Assembly: GCA_041552055.1 (NCBI GenBank)
Contig: JBFELO010000007.1
Coordinates: 564-64,563, forward strand
DNA length: 64,000 bases
DNA from: Candidatus Sulfomarinibacteraceae bacterium
GTDB lineage: Bacteria; Acidobacteriota; Thermoanaerobaculia; Thermoanaerobaculales; Sulfomarinibacteraceae
Direction: 5' to 3'
In this document: positions 48,103 to 59,047 of the stretch, piece by piece
How the letters are laid out: each line of letters opens with the position of its first letter
Position numbering within the stretch: the first letter of the stretch is position 1
The notes under the pieces: model-generated
Databases searched by the model: none
Told to the model about the DNA's origin: nothing
What the model saw: the letters and a program-made list of their open reading frames with translations, nothing else
Position numbers and translations under genes: made by a program

Positions 48103-51100
48103 ATGATTTGGCTAGCAACAGGGCAGTTCGGCCGGCTCCTCCTGAAGGTTTTCACGGTCCTGGCGGCAGTGTTCCTGCTGGCCATCGAGCCGGCGACCGC
48201 GCAGGTCGAGGTCTACGACTTCTATCCCGAAACCAAGTACGGCGGGCGGTCCGTCGCGGTCAGCGTGAATCCGTCCGACGCCTCCATCGCCATCGAGGCG
48301 GCTGAGGGCGGCGGGCTCTACATGACCAACGACGGCGGGCTCAACTGGAGCAGGGTTTGGTCGTTTCCCATGTTCCGCATGGAGGACGTGAGCTACGACC
48401 CCAACGACCCGAACATCATCTTCGCCACCACGTTTTTCGACGGGAGATCGACCACACAATCCGGAATCTGGCGCAGTCTGAACGGTGGGACGAGCTGGTC
48501 TCGGACCACCGCCTCGATGACGTGCACCGCAAACCAGACCTATCGGCGCATCGGCATCGCGTCCGGCGCCGACGTGCACCAGAAGATCTTCGTGGCCAAC
48601 GAGTGTGGCGTGGCCTACAGCAACGACTCGGGCGATACCTGGACCAACACGGACCTCGTGACCGGGGGAAACCTTCACGTGTTCTGGGACGTCGCGGCTC
48701 GTCGCACGGGTCCGGACACGGTGACTGCCTACGCGTGCGGAGCCGGGGGCCTCTACCGCACGACTGTCACGGGAAGCGCCGCGCCGTCGTGGGAGCTCAT
48801 CCACGGTCTCGGGTGGTTCGATGGCAACAACCCGCCAGACCCGTCGCTCTATTACCCAGTCGATAATCTGGTCTTTCCGTGCGGTCTCGCAATTTCACCG
48901 TTTGACGCCAACGTTGTCTTCCTCGCGGCGCTCAACTGCCCTTCGTCGGGAGGTTGCGGCGAGGACGAGTACAAGCATCGACTGTTCGAATACCACGTCG
49001 ACGGATCCGGCTTCACATCGACGCGGCTGCCAGGACCGGACTCGCCGGGCAGGCCGACCTGGCTGGCCACCCGGCCGATCCCCTCGACCCAGGACTTCGA
49101 CCTGATCTGGGGCAACGGTATCGCCACCCACTGGCAGCGCTGCCGCCATGATGGCGTTCTCGCCACGCTGGACTGTGTGGTGGCACCCGACCCAGACTGC
49201 TCGAACAACGTCGACGACGACGGCGATGGACAGATCAACGAAGGGTGTCCCCCTGTCGGCAACCCCGAGAACGAAATAGACTCGCCCAGCGAATGCAAGA
49301 ACAACGCGGACGACGACGGCGACGGCGCCGTCAACGACGGCTGCGCCGTGATGGAGCGCCTGGACAGCGGGGCGCACGGCGACCCGAGCGGCATCGACTT
49401 CGATCCGGTGAGCGGTTGCCCGATCCTGGCGGCCAACGACGGGGGAATCAGCCGCAGCACGGACTGCGGCGTCACCTGGGCCGACCGCAACGACGGCCGC
49501 AGGGCATTGCAGATCTACAACACGTTCGGGACGATGCGTGGCCTCGGGCCGACCGACACGGACCTGTACTTCGGCACTCAGGACAACTCGTGGTTCGCCT
49601 CATACGACGGGGGGGGGTGGGGACTCCACGGTTGCTGCGAGGGATACGGCGGGCAGGTCGACCGACGGACGCCTCCCGGGGGAGCATCCGCGATCCGCAT
49701 GGTCTACCAGAGCGGCGCCTGGTTCGACCACTACAACTATTCCCCGCGTGGGTTCGCGAATTTTGACGGCCGGATACCTTTCCCGCCGGCCGGGTTCGTC
49801 GCTCCGGGAGGTTGGGCCAAGTGGCCGCCGACGATGTTCGGCCATCAGCGGTGGGGGCTGATCAGTCACAACCAGGGATGCCCGCCGATCTTCCGGCTCT
49901 ACATCATGCAGCCCGAATTCGGAACGCAGTGCGACAACGACACCGACGATGACTTCGACGGGGCGGTCAACGACGGCTGCCCGCGCGAGGGCTTCTTTGA
50001 GGAGTTCGGCGCCGACTGCCACGACAACGTTGACAACGACGGCGACGGCGTCGTCAACGACGGCTGCTCGCACATCTACAGCGCGGAGATCGGCTCGGAG
50101 TGCGCCAACAACGTCGACGACGACGGCGACGGAGTGGTCAACGACGGCTGTCAGGCGGTGGGCGACGCTGAGTTACTCGAAAGCGACTGCGCCAACAACG
50201 TCCTCAGCCAGTGCGTCAACGCGTCTGACGACGACGGCGATGGCGCGGTCAACGACGGCTGCCCGGAGGCTGGCGTGTGGGGACCGATGGGTCCCACCTT
50301 CGGTTATGACTGGCTGCAAGGGATGGCGGCGGCGGGCCCCGCCTCCTCGCCGACGTTTTACTTTGGTGTGGAAACCGCGAGCCGCGTCTACAAGCTGCGC
50401 AAGATCTTCGGCCCGTTCAACTCGAGTGCGACGCTGGCCGACGCGAGCGGGTCGGGAGCGGAAACCCTGGACCGAATCGAGCGCTACTGGGGGGCTCCTG
50501 GCACCTGGGAGAGCCCGCTGGTGTTCGGTGTGGACCCCTCGAATCCGAATCGACTGATCGCCGCTGACCACGGAACCAGGCAAATGAAGGCCTCCTCCGA
50601 CGGTGGGGTCACCTGGCAGGTGGACACGGAGTTGACGGATCTGGTCGTCAACTCCGGCGAGTTCCATTGGGACGGCACACACGGCAGCCAGGCCTGGAAT
50701 ATCGACTTCGACCCGGACGACGGGCAGCGGATCCTGATCGGCACGGAGCAGGCGGGGATCATCGCCACCGTCGACGACGGTGGGAAGTGGTTCAGGCTCA
50801 AGGACACCTTGAACCGTGTCCCGTTCGTCAACTCGTTCTTCTTCGACAACGACCATGACGTGATCTACGCGTCGTCATACGGCAGCGGCCTGTGGACGAT
50901 CGAAATCACCAACATCCCGCCGGTGGCGCTGTGCCAGGACGTCACCGTTCCCACCGAGCCCGGCGTGTGCTACGCCGACGCGTCCATCGACGCAGGCTCG
51001 TACGATCCTGACGGCGGGCCGGTGACGCTGGAACAGGATCCGCCCGGGCCCTATCCGCTCGGCGTGACCGACGTGACGTTGACCGTCACGGACGACTACG

Positions 51101-51471
51101 GCTACACGGACACCTGCACCGGGACCGTAACAGTCGTCGACCTGGAGCCCCCGCAGATCGACTGCGCCGCACCACCGACGATCATCCCGCCCGACGCACC
51201 GATCTCGTTCACGCCGATCGTCACCGACAACTGCGCCGTGGCCGAATCGGCGATCGAGGGCTACGACTGCTTCATGATCGCCGGGAACGGCAAGGTGATC
51301 GACAAGAAGGACTCGTGCGTCGTGGAGTTCACCGATGAAACGATCACGATCCTCGACTCTGGAGGCGTGGGCGACCACATCACCTGGACCGTGAGCGCAA
51401 CGGACACCAGCGGCAACTCGACGACGGAGGCGTGCGAGGTGCTGGTAGTGAACCCGGGCAAGAAACCTTGA
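48103..51471 (+). CDS. Large secreted BNR/VPS10-like beta-propeller protein with Cys/Asp-rich repeats and C-terminal HYR-like domains
   Basis: SD AAGGAG; Asp-boxes (TNDGGLNW, SLNGGTSW, STDCGVTW, SSDGGVTW); six C-x-N/D..DDDGDG..NDGC repeats; YPLGVTDVTLTVTD. Confidence 0.88.
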   Translation: MIWLATGQFGRLLLKVFTVLAAVFLLAIEPATAQVEVYDFYPETKYGGRSVAVSVNPSDASIAIEAAEGGGLYMTNDGGLNWSRVWSFPMFRMEDVSYDPNDPNIIFATTFFDGRSTTQSGIWRSLNGGTSWSRTTASMTCTANQTYRRIGIASGADVHQKIFVANECGVAYSNDSGDTWTNTDLVTGGNLHVFWDVAARRTGPDTVTAYACGAGGLYRTTVTGSAAPSWELIHGLGWFDGNNPPDPSLYYPVDNLVFPCGLAISPFDANVVFLAALNCPSSGGCGEDEYKHRLFEYHVDGSGFTSTRLPGPDSPGRPTWLATRPIPSTQDFDLIWGNGIATHWQRCRHDGVLATLDCVVAPDPDCSNNVDDDGDGQINEGCPPVGNPENEIDSPSECKNNADDDGDGAVNDGCAVMERLDSGAHGDPSGIDFDPVSGCPILAANDGGISRSTDCGVTWADRNDGRRALQIYNTFGTMRGLGPTDTDLYFGTQDNSWFASYDGGGWGLHGCCEGYGGQVDRRTPPGGASAIRMVYQSGAWFDHYNYSPRGFANFDGRIPFPPAGFVAPGGWAKWPPTMFGHQRWGLISHNQGCPPIFRLYIMQPEFGTQCDNDTDDDFDGAVNDGCPREGFFEEFGADCHDNVDNDGDGVVNDGCSHIYSAEIGSECANNVDDDGDGVVNDGCQAVGDAELLESDCANNVLSQCVNASDDDGDGAVNDGCPEAGVWGPMGPTFGYDWLQGMAAAGPASSPTFYFGVETASRVYKLRKIFGPFNSSATLADASGSGAETLDRIERYWGAPGTWESPLVFGVDPSNPNRLIAADHGTRQMKASSDGGVTWQVDTELTDLVVNSGEFHWDGTHGSQAWNIDFDPDDGQRILIGTEQAGIIATVDDGGKWFRLKDTLNRVPFVNSFFFDNDHDVIYASSYGSGLWTIEITNIPPVALCQDVTVPTEPGVCYADASIDAGSYDPDGGPVTLEQDPPGPYPLGVTDVTLTVTDDYGYTDTCTGTVTVVDLEPPQIDCAAPPTIIPPDAPISFTPIVTDNCAVAESAIEGYDCFMIAGNGKVIDKKDSCVVEFTDETITILDSGGVGDHITWTVSATDTSGNSTTEACEVLVVNPGKKP

Positions 51472-51751
51472 GCTTCTGACGCCGGTCCCCGCGCCGGCAT
51501 TGGACTATTTCCGCGGGGCAGGGACGGTACATCGTCGCTGCCCCGCCTCTCGCTGCCGGATGTGATGGGTACGTCTGACCCTTGCAGGCTTGGATTGCGT
51601 AGAACCGGCAAGCGGCGGCGTCCGGCTCGATCCGGTGTCTGCCTCCCGCGTGCTAGACTCGCGCAGCATCACAGAGGATCAGACAGGGCGTGCGCGTCGC
51701 CGAAGATCGGATGAGCTTTCGAAGTCGTCACCGGGGCGGAGGTAGGAGCCC

Positions 51752-53050
51752 ATGGACGAGCTGCGCAGCTGGGCCGGGAACGTGGTGTGGCGGCCGCGGG
51801 TGGTCCACCGGCCGATTGACGAGGATGAGGTCGTCGAGGTCGTGCAGCGGGTGGCCGAGGAGGGGGGACGACTCAAGCCGGTCGGCTCGGGGCTGTCGTG
51901 GTCGGACATCAACGAGGTCGAGGGTCAGCACCTGCTGCTGCTCGACCGGATGACGGGGATCGAGGTCCAGTCCGAGCGGAAACTCGTGCGCGTCGGCGGC
52001 GGCGCGGTGATGTGGGACATCCACAAGGCACTTGCCCAGCACGGCCTGGCGTTCGACAACATCGGCTCGATCGTCACCCAGACCGCGGCCGGCTACACCG
52101 GAACCGGGACCCACGGCAGCGGCACGGCGCTGCTGTCCACCGACATCGAGGCGATGCGCCTGGTCGATGGTGAGGGCCGCGTGCACGCCCTCGGCGCGAC
52201 CGAGGAACCCGAACTGTTCTTGGCTGCGCGGGTACACCTTGGCTGCCTCGGAGTAGTCACCGAGATCACGTTCCGTTGCACCGAGGCCTTCGACATCGAA
52301 GAGCGCCGGGAGATCGTGCCGTTCGATCGCGCGCTCGCCGACCTCGAGGATCTGCTGCGCGACAACGACTACGTGAAGCTGTGGTGGCTGCCGTACACCG
52401 ACGTCATCCAGGCGTACCTGTTCAACCGCACCGATGCCCCGCGTACGCGCTTGACGCTGACTGAGCTCATGGAGGAGAAGGGGATGTCGACGTGGTCGTT
52501 CAGCGCGCTGCTGGCCATGACCCGCGCCTTCCCCCCGATCACGTCGACCGTGACCAGGAGCCTGCAAAAGCTCTACTTCACGCCTCGGCGTAGGGTCAAC
52601 CGCAGCGACCGCCTGTTCAACATCGGCAAGATGATCCCGATCCACAACGAGGCGGAGTACGCCGTGCCGCGGGAGCGCGCGGCCGAAGCGATCGACAGGG
52701 TGGCGAGGCTCGTCCGCTCCGCACCCCCCGAGTACCGGGTGAACTTTCCGGTGGAGGTGCGGTTCGTCCCCGCCGACGACATCTCGATGAGCCCGGCCTG
52801 CGGCCGTGACAGCTGCTACCTCGGCGCCTACGTCGCGAGTCGGAAGTGGACCGTGCCGTACCACCGCGACTTCGAGAACCTGATGCACGACTTCGCCGGC
52901 CGGCCCCACTGGGGCAAACTGTTCTCGCGCACCGCCGAGGACTTCGAGCGGCTGTACCCGCAGTACCACGCATTCAATGACCTCCGCCGGGAGCGGGACC
53001 CGCACGGGCTGTTCCGCAACGCCTTCGTCGACCGGGTCTTCGGCCTGTGA
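51752..53050 (+). CDS. FAD-linked aldonolactone oxidoreductase (ALO/GULO/GALDH family)
   Basis: SWAG, VGSGLS, TGTHGSG, LGCLGVV, EAEYAVP, FPVEVRF, GRPHWGK, DPHGLF.N; SD AGGAG. Confidence 0.92.
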   Translation: MDELRSWAGNVVWRPRVVHRPIDEDEVVEVVQRVAEEGGRLKPVGSGLSWSDINEVEGQHLLLLDRMTGIEVQSERKLVRVGGGAVMWDIHKALAQHGLAFDNIGSIVTQTAAGYTGTGTHGSGTALLSTDIEAMRLVDGEGRVHALGATEEPELFLAARVHLGCLGVVTEITFRCTEAFDIEERREIVPFDRALADLEDLLRDNDYVKLWWLPYTDVIQAYLFNRTDAPRTRLTLTELMEEKGMSTWSFSALLAMTRAFPPITSTVTRSLQKLYFTPRRRVNRSDRLFNIGKMIPIHNEAEYAVPRERAAEAIDRVARLVRSAPPEYRVNFPVEVRFVPADDISMSPACGRDSCYLGAYVASRKWTVPYHRDFENLMHDFAGRPHWGKLFSRTAEDFERLYPQYHAFNDLRRERDPHGLFRNAFVDRVFGL

Positions 53051-53199
53051 CTTGACGACTGTCGTCGCATAAACCACTCTGTCTTCAAGAGCACAGGAAT
53101 CTCAGTTTACGAACGCGACGCGATCTCGGCGTCGGGTTCGGGTGGGCAGTGCAGCAGCCGCCGTCCTCGACGCCCTCGCTCGCGGGCAAGGGGAGGCAC

Positions 53200-55378
53200 A
53201 TGATGATCCGTTCGGCGGTTTCGGTCACGGCGGCGTTGTTCGTTCTGCCACCAATCGTCGGGTACGCGCAACAGGAGGCGCAACACACGACAGAGAGTCC
53301 TCGCACGGCGGCCGCGGTCCGCGTAGGCGATGCGCCCGCCTCGCAGCCGCGGCAATCTCCCGAGGTGCTGGCTGTACGTGAGGGCCTGGCCATGGCTCTC
53401 GACTCGGTCGTATCGCCAAAGGCGATTCCGACTCCACCTACCGGGACCTGGGGCATCGTGTCCGAAGGCACCGGGGGCGGCGGGATCTTCCGCGACGCCA
53501 ACTCCGAGGCCGAGGCGTGGCTCGGTTCGAGCTCCACCGGAGTCACCGGATACGGCAACATCTCCGGTGGCTACTTCCAGAGCAGCACCGGCTCCGGCCT
53601 CAGCCGCATCGGTTGGGGAGACTGGGGCATCGCGGTCGTGGGCAATTACACGGGCGCCTTCATCGCCGATGCCGACGGCTCGGGCTTTGCCTGGATCGGC
53701 TACGACCGGCCCTCCGGAAGCGACAAAGGAGGATCTCCAAACGCCGGTGAGTACGGCGTGTACGTTGGTGGGAGCAGGGCGGGCGGGTACTTCGAGGATA
53801 CGGACCAGGAAGGGTACGCCTACCTCGCGGCACAGTCGATCGGTGTTTGGGGCTATGGGTCAACCGGCGGCGGGTACTTCAAGGACACCACCTCCTCTGG
53901 CGAAGCCTACGTTGGGGTCGGCCACGTTGGGATCTTGGCCTACGGATTGGCCGGGGGCGGGTCCTTCGAGGACAGCGACGGCTCCGGCTACGCCAATGTC
54001 GGGATGGGAAATCGCGGCATTGCCGCCGGTGGGGAAGAAGTCGGGGGGTACTTCGAGGACAGCGACGGCTCCGGGTATGCCCGTGTCGCAGTGAATAACA
54101 CTGGCATCTCAGCCTTTGGCACCAGCATGGGCGGTTTTTTCAATGATCTCGATAGTGCGTCATTTGCCGAGGTCGCCTCCTCCACGTACAAGATCCACGG
54201 CAGCGGTGAGGTTGCGTTCGTCCAGAACCACCCCTACTGATTCGTCTTCAGTGATCGTCTACGCTGCGCCGGAGGGGGACGAGGTAGCGACCTACACGCG
54301 GGGGACCGCGGGACTCATCGATGGCGAGGCGACCGTACTACTCGGCGAGACCTTCCGGTGGGTGACGAATCCGGACATCGGGCTGACGGCGCACGTGACG
54401 CCCCGGGGCGATCCGATCCCGCTCGCGGTGGTCGAGCTCTCCACTGAGCAGATGGTCGTCCGAGGCCCAGAGGATGCACCAGATGGACTGGTGTTCGACT
54501 ACCTCGTGTACGGCCTCCGCATCGGGTTCGAGGAGACGAGTGTGGTGCAGGAGAAGTCGAGGGAGGCGTACATCCCCTCGATGTCCGACCATCGTGAGTT
54601 GTACCAGCGGCGACCCGACCTGCGGAGGTACAACTCGCTGGAGCGGTTCAAGGCCATGCGCCGCGCGGTGGGCAAGAGTGGCGACTTGGACCTGAGCCGG
54701 GCCCACGCGCTGCGCGACGCCATTGTCGAGTTCGATCCGGCGGTCCACGAGCTACCGCGGCCAGCGGGACTCGAGGAGACGACGCTACGGGGCTTCAAGG
54801 AGACAGACGAAGGAATCGCAGCAGACGTGAACACTGGCGACGATGGTGTCGTAACGCGCGCCCCCCGAGAAAGGCGTCCAGCTCCCGATCAGCCAGCCAT
54901 ATTCTCCCGAATCCCGGTGGACGACGACGGCAACGTGTACGCCACCTCGTTCCGGCCGTCGGCGCGGGAGGTGGCGAGCCTGGTGGAGGTGTCCGAGGCT
55001 GTGGAGCCGGGCGACGTGCTGGTCATCGACAGGAATGACCCCGGCATGATGCGTCGGGGTTCCGAATCGCATGACACGGGGGTGATCGGAGTGGTGGTGG
55101 CGGATGCCGGTGTTGCACTGGGAGTAGACTCGTCCGAGTCAGACGGGTCTGCAGACGACTTTCCCCACCGCGCCGCGGTCGCTCTCGCCGGTGTGATCGG
55201 CTGCAAGGTGGACGCCGACTACGGCGCGATCTGGCCGGGCGACCTGCTGGTGACCTCGCCGACGCCGGGTCACGCCATGCGAACCGATGCGCCGCTGCCG
55301 GGCACCATGCTCGGCAAGGCGCTCGAGCCGCTGGCGGAGGGCACCGGGACGATCCGCGTGCTGGTCATGCTGCGCTGA
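53200..55378 (+). pseudogene. Secreted fibre-like repeat protein split by a frameshift near 54231-54240
   Basis: Frame 1: signal peptide, ~8 x 29-aa repeats, ending VQNHPY-stop. Frame 2 continues DSSSVIVYAAPEGDEVATYTRG to GDLLVTSPTPGHAM...LGKALEPL. Deleting one C of CCCC joins them. Confidence 0.7.
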
Positions 55379-55549
55379 AGGATGGGCGTGTGAACGTGTG
55401 GGCATGGGGGCTTGATCAGTCGGCGTCTGTGGCATCCCCCTCAAACCCTCAAGTTCAGCCAGAGCAGCCCCGTATCTCAGACTCGCGGATCGGTTGCACT
55501 TCACCAGCATTGAGACACGTGGAACCGTAAGCTGGCACAGCAAGCAGCT

Positions 55550-55672
55550 TACCGCAAAGATTGAATCTCAAATCAATAGCAGATAACCAGAATCGTAAAG
55601 GCAATAGCTGTTTTCTTCTTGACATTTTGGGGCAATGCGGCGACATTGATTGACAGATTAACAACATTTTGG
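55550..55672. promoter_or_regulatory. AT-rich regulatory region upstream of the M14 peptidase
   Basis: Sharp drop in GC; two TTGACA hexamers; short IRs. Confidence 0.4.
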
Positions 55673-55766
55673 TGGCGTCGTGTGATTCGGGTCGAGAGCC
55701 GCGCGGCAAGCGCGTGTGTCTCATCTCTGAGCCGTGCGCGCCGCGACCGAAGAAGGGGAGGACAGT

Positions 55767-58154
55767 ATGTCAGCGAGATCACCAATCCAGTATCGGATCC
55801 TCGTGCTGTGTCTCGTACTCATCGTCGTGCCCTCGGTGGCAGTGGTTGCGGGCAATTCGGGGTCTGGAGGAGGCGGAGGGAAGTGGTGGGACGTCGATCC
55901 CGAACCGGAGCTTCCGTCCCCCGACTACGATTCCATCCTGTACTCGGAGGTCGCTCCGAGGCTGCGAGAGATCGAGCTCAACAGCAACCGGGTCAAGGTC
56001 GATGTCATCGGACGGTCGGCGGGCGGTCGGAACCTGTTCCTCGTGACCGTATCCGATCCGCAGGGGATGGGCCGACTCGGTCGCTATCAGGCGATTCGCA
56101 CGACCATGCTGAAGGACCCGTCCAAGGCTCAGGAGATGATCGAAAAGTTCGGCGACTTCAAGGTGCCCGTGCTCATCAATGCGAGCGTTCATGGTGGGGA
56201 GTACCCGGGGGTCGATGCGGCGATCCGACTGATCGAGACGCTGGCGTACGACGACAGCGAGGAGGTCATGACGATTCTCGAGAACGTGATTCTCCTCGTC
56301 AATGTCGTCCACAACCCCGATGGAAGAGTCATGGGTACGCGCAGGAACACGAACGGATTCGATATCGGCCGTGACTTCATCGCGCAGACCCAGCCAGAAA
56401 CTCGAGCGGCCGTCGGCGTGATGACCGAGTGGAACCCGATGGTCGTGCTCGATCTGCACGGCTTCGTCAATCCGATGCTGATCGAACCGTGCACGCCGCC
56501 CCACAACCCGAACTACGAGTACGATTTGTACATTTCATGGGCGCTCGCGCAGGCGGAGGCGATGGAAGCGGAGCTGCTCGATCAGCTCGGATTCGCCGCG
56601 CAGATTCCGTACCGCGACAACCCATCATTTTGGGACGATTGGGCGCCGAGTTACGTTGCCATGTACTCGATGTACCACGGGGCCTATGGCCACACGCTGG
56701 AAACGCCCTACAGGGACGAGCGTGGCGTGGATGCGTTGTACACGGCCGTTTGGGGAGCGCTCGAGTTCGTGTCTCAGAACAGAGAGGCGATGATCCACGA
56801 TCAGATCGAGATCTTCCGGCGCGGCTACCTCGACCTGCTGCAGCAGCCCGTTCCTCCCGAGCTCCTCCCGGTCTGGGATCAGTATGCGGACTTCATGATC
56901 CAGGAGTTCCCTGAAGCCTACATTATCCCGGCTGACACGCCGTTCCAGCCGAGTCCCCATCAGGCCGCCCGACTGGTTGACTTCCTGCGGTTCAACGACG
57001 TCGAGGTGGAGAGGGCGAGCGAGCCGTTCACCTACGATGGGACGGGCTACCCTGAAGGGACCTACGTGGTCTGGCTCGACCAGCCGAAGCGAGGGCTGGC
57101 GAATACCATCCTCGACGATGGTCTCGACCTCACCGAAATACCCGGTCTGGAGTTCTACTCGCCACCGGCGGCCTGGAGTCATCCTCGGCTGTGGGGAGTC
57201 ACACGAGCCGTGGTGAATGACGCGATCGACATCTCGACCCATGGGGTCAAGAAGGCGGATGCTCCACAGGGTTGGCTGGAAAGCGAGACCGCGGCAGCCT
57301 ACGCGTACCTGCCAACCAGCATCGCGGCCGTTCAGGCGACCAACGACCTGCTGGCGCGAGGTGCCACGTTGCACCGGGTGCCGGGACCGTTCACGGACTC
57401 CGGCCGTGACTTCGGAGCCGGCGCGATCATTCTTCCGGGTAATCCCGAGCTCGCGGCACAGCTCGTCAGCGCCTACGCTCTTGATGTCTTCGCCCTCGAA
57501 GGCGTGCCTGCGGACGCGGTCGTGATGTCAACACAGCGGATCGCTGTCTACGGTGACGAGGGTGTCGTGCACAGCTTGAGGGTGATGGGGTTCGACTTTG
57601 ACGTGGTCGACAGGACCGACCTCAATGCGGGCGACATCACCGGGTACGACGTGTTCTTGAACCGGGACCTTCGATGGAGCTCTCTAGATGCCGGAGGACA
57701 GACGTCATTCACGAGCTGGTTCGCTGCCGGAGGCGACTACGTCGGTCTTGGGTACAGGGGTCGAGCGGTGGACTTCGCGGTCGACGCCGGAGTCATCGAT
57801 GTCGGGTACGGATACACTCCCGGGAACGCGATCGTGTACGTCGACTTCGACCCGGACGACACTGTTGCGGCCGGATTTCGCGAGGACGGCTCCGCGTTTG
57901 TCTACCAATCGGTGTGGTTCACCGCAATGGGGGCAGGCACCGAGGTCTCCGCGCGCCTCGACAGCGGAGACTTCCTGATCGCCGGATTCTGGGAGGACTG
58001 GCAGATCAGCGGTGCGAACGGCATGCCGATCGTCGTACATGCGGCCACGGGTGACCAGGACACGGTTTTGATTGGGTTCGATCCGACGTTCCGGGGTCAT
58101 CCGGAGGACGCCTTCAGGATGGTGGCGAGTGCGATCTACACCGGGCTGGATTGA
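55767..58154 (+). CDS. Secreted M14 family zinc carboxypeptidase
   Basis: GRSAGGR, HGGE, NPDG, RD, LDLHG, TLETP; SD GGGGAGG; signal peptide. Confidence 0.9.
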   Translation: MSARSPIQYRILVLCLVLIVVPSVAVVAGNSGSGGGGGKWWDVDPEPELPSPDYDSILYSEVAPRLREIELNSNRVKVDVIGRSAGGRNLFLVTVSDPQGMGRLGRYQAIRTTMLKDPSKAQEMIEKFGDFKVPVLINASVHGGEYPGVDAAIRLIETLAYDDSEEVMTILENVILLVNVVHNPDGRVMGTRRNTNGFDIGRDFIAQTQPETRAAVGVMTEWNPMVVLDLHGFVNPMLIEPCTPPHNPNYEYDLYISWALAQAEAMEAELLDQLGFAAQIPYRDNPSFWDDWAPSYVAMYSMYHGAYGHTLETPYRDERGVDALYTAVWGALEFVSQNREAMIHDQIEIFRRGYLDLLQQPVPPELLPVWDQYADFMIQEFPEAYIIPADTPFQPSPHQAARLVDFLRFNDVEVERASEPFTYDGTGYPEGTYVVWLDQPKRGLANTILDDGLDLTEIPGLEFYSPPAAWSHPRLWGVTRAVVNDAIDISTHGVKKADAPQGWLESETAAAYAYLPTSIAAVQATNDLLARGATLHRVPGPFTDSGRDFGAGAIILPGNPELAAQLVSAYALDVFALEGVPADAVVMSTQRIAVYGDEGVVHSLRVMGFDFDVVDRTDLNAGDITGYDVFLNRDLRWSSLDAGGQTSFTSWFAAGGDYVGLGYRGRAVDFAVDAGVIDVGYGYTPGNAIVYVDFDPDDTVAAGFREDGSAFVYQSVWFTAMGAGTEVSARLDSGDFLIAGFWEDWQISGANGMPIVVHAATGDQDTVLIGFDPTFRGHPEDAFRMVASAIYTGLD

Positions 58155-58321
58155 GTGGGACAGACGGCAGTTGGAGGAGCAGCCCAGAAGAGTCGCACGT
58201 CTTGGCTGAGTCGGGGGTTCAGACCAGCGTAGAGCTACACTTCTGTTGCTGATGCGCGTCAGTCATGGTGCGCTCTGTGATCAGCTGACCCCTCGGGGAG
58301 TGGTCACATCGCGCGCGGATC

Positions 58322-58702
58322 CTACGAACCTCGGTCTGCAACGAACAATCGCCACGCAGCGAAGCCCCAGCCGAGGATCAAGGTGACGCCGCCGATGGGC
58401 GTCACCATCCCGAGCCAGCGAATGTCCGTCAGCGCGAGCAGGTGGAGGCTGCCCGAAAACACGATCGTCCCCACGATCAGCAATACGGCCGCGGTTTCCA
58501 GCCGCCGCTGCGGCCAGCGGCTCATCGCCCAGGCGAGCGCGAGCAGCGCGAGTGCGTGGTACATCTGGTAGCGGACACCGGTCTCGAAGACTTCGAGCTG
58601 GCGCGCGCTCAGCTGATCCCGCAGCGCGTGCGCCCCGAACGCCCCGAGCGCCACGGCGAGGCCACCAAGGATCGATCCGATGGCGAAGACGATCCGTGCC
58701 AT
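58322..58702 (-). CDS. DUF423 (YgdD/TMEM256) membrane protein
   Basis: VALGAFGAHAL, FETGVRYQMYHALAL, FSGSL, TPIGG...GW. Confidence 0.93.
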   Translation of the reverse strand: MARIVFAIGSILGGLAVALGAFGAHALRDQLSARQLEVFETGVRYQMYHALALLALAWAMSRWPQRRLETAAVLLIVGTIVFSGSLHLLALTDIRWLGMVTPIGGVTLILGWGFAAWRLFVADRGS

Positions 58703-58830
58703 GTCGAGACTCCAGACGTCGCGCGTCGACGGTGGCGCGACGGGTGGCAGGATACTGCACCTTGTTGAGTGATGAGGTGCGGAGTCATACGACGCCAGCC
58801 AAGGACGCGTGGAGACGCTGGGATTTCGTG

Positions 58831-58875
58831 TCGCTGGCCGCTCGTCGCTGGTCGCTGGCTGCTGGTCTCTGGTTG
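58831..58875 (+). repeat. Degenerate heptamer tandem repeat (TCGCTGG)x6
   Basis: tcgctgg ccgctcg tcgctgg tcgctgg ctgctgg tctctgg. Confidence 0.7.
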
Positions 58876-59047
58876 CGAAGACTCGAGGTCTTCCCGGCTC
58901 GGTGGGCGGAGGGGACACGGTGAAGAGCGAGGGTGACTCCTTTCGTTTTGACGCCGACTCTGTGCGGGGCTACATTGAGTGAAGACTCTCAGCAAACAAG
59001 GGATGCGGCCCGATGATCGAGAGGGTGGCATGAATGGGGAGGATGCC

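Noticed and set aside
49190-50270. Recurring GACGACGACGGCGACGG...GTCAACGACGGCTG as a CRISPR array or DGR repeat
   Set aside because: These are in-frame coding repeats with irregular spacing and synonymous variation; no cas or reverse transcriptase gene is present.
54238-54240. TGA as a selenocysteine or readthrough codon
   Set aside because: The protein-like continuation is in a different frame, and in-frame readthrough gives non-protein-like sequence.
55561-55576. FNR/CRP box TTGAATCTCAAATCAA
   Set aside because: Half-site spacing is 2 bp longer than TTGAT-N4-ATCAA.
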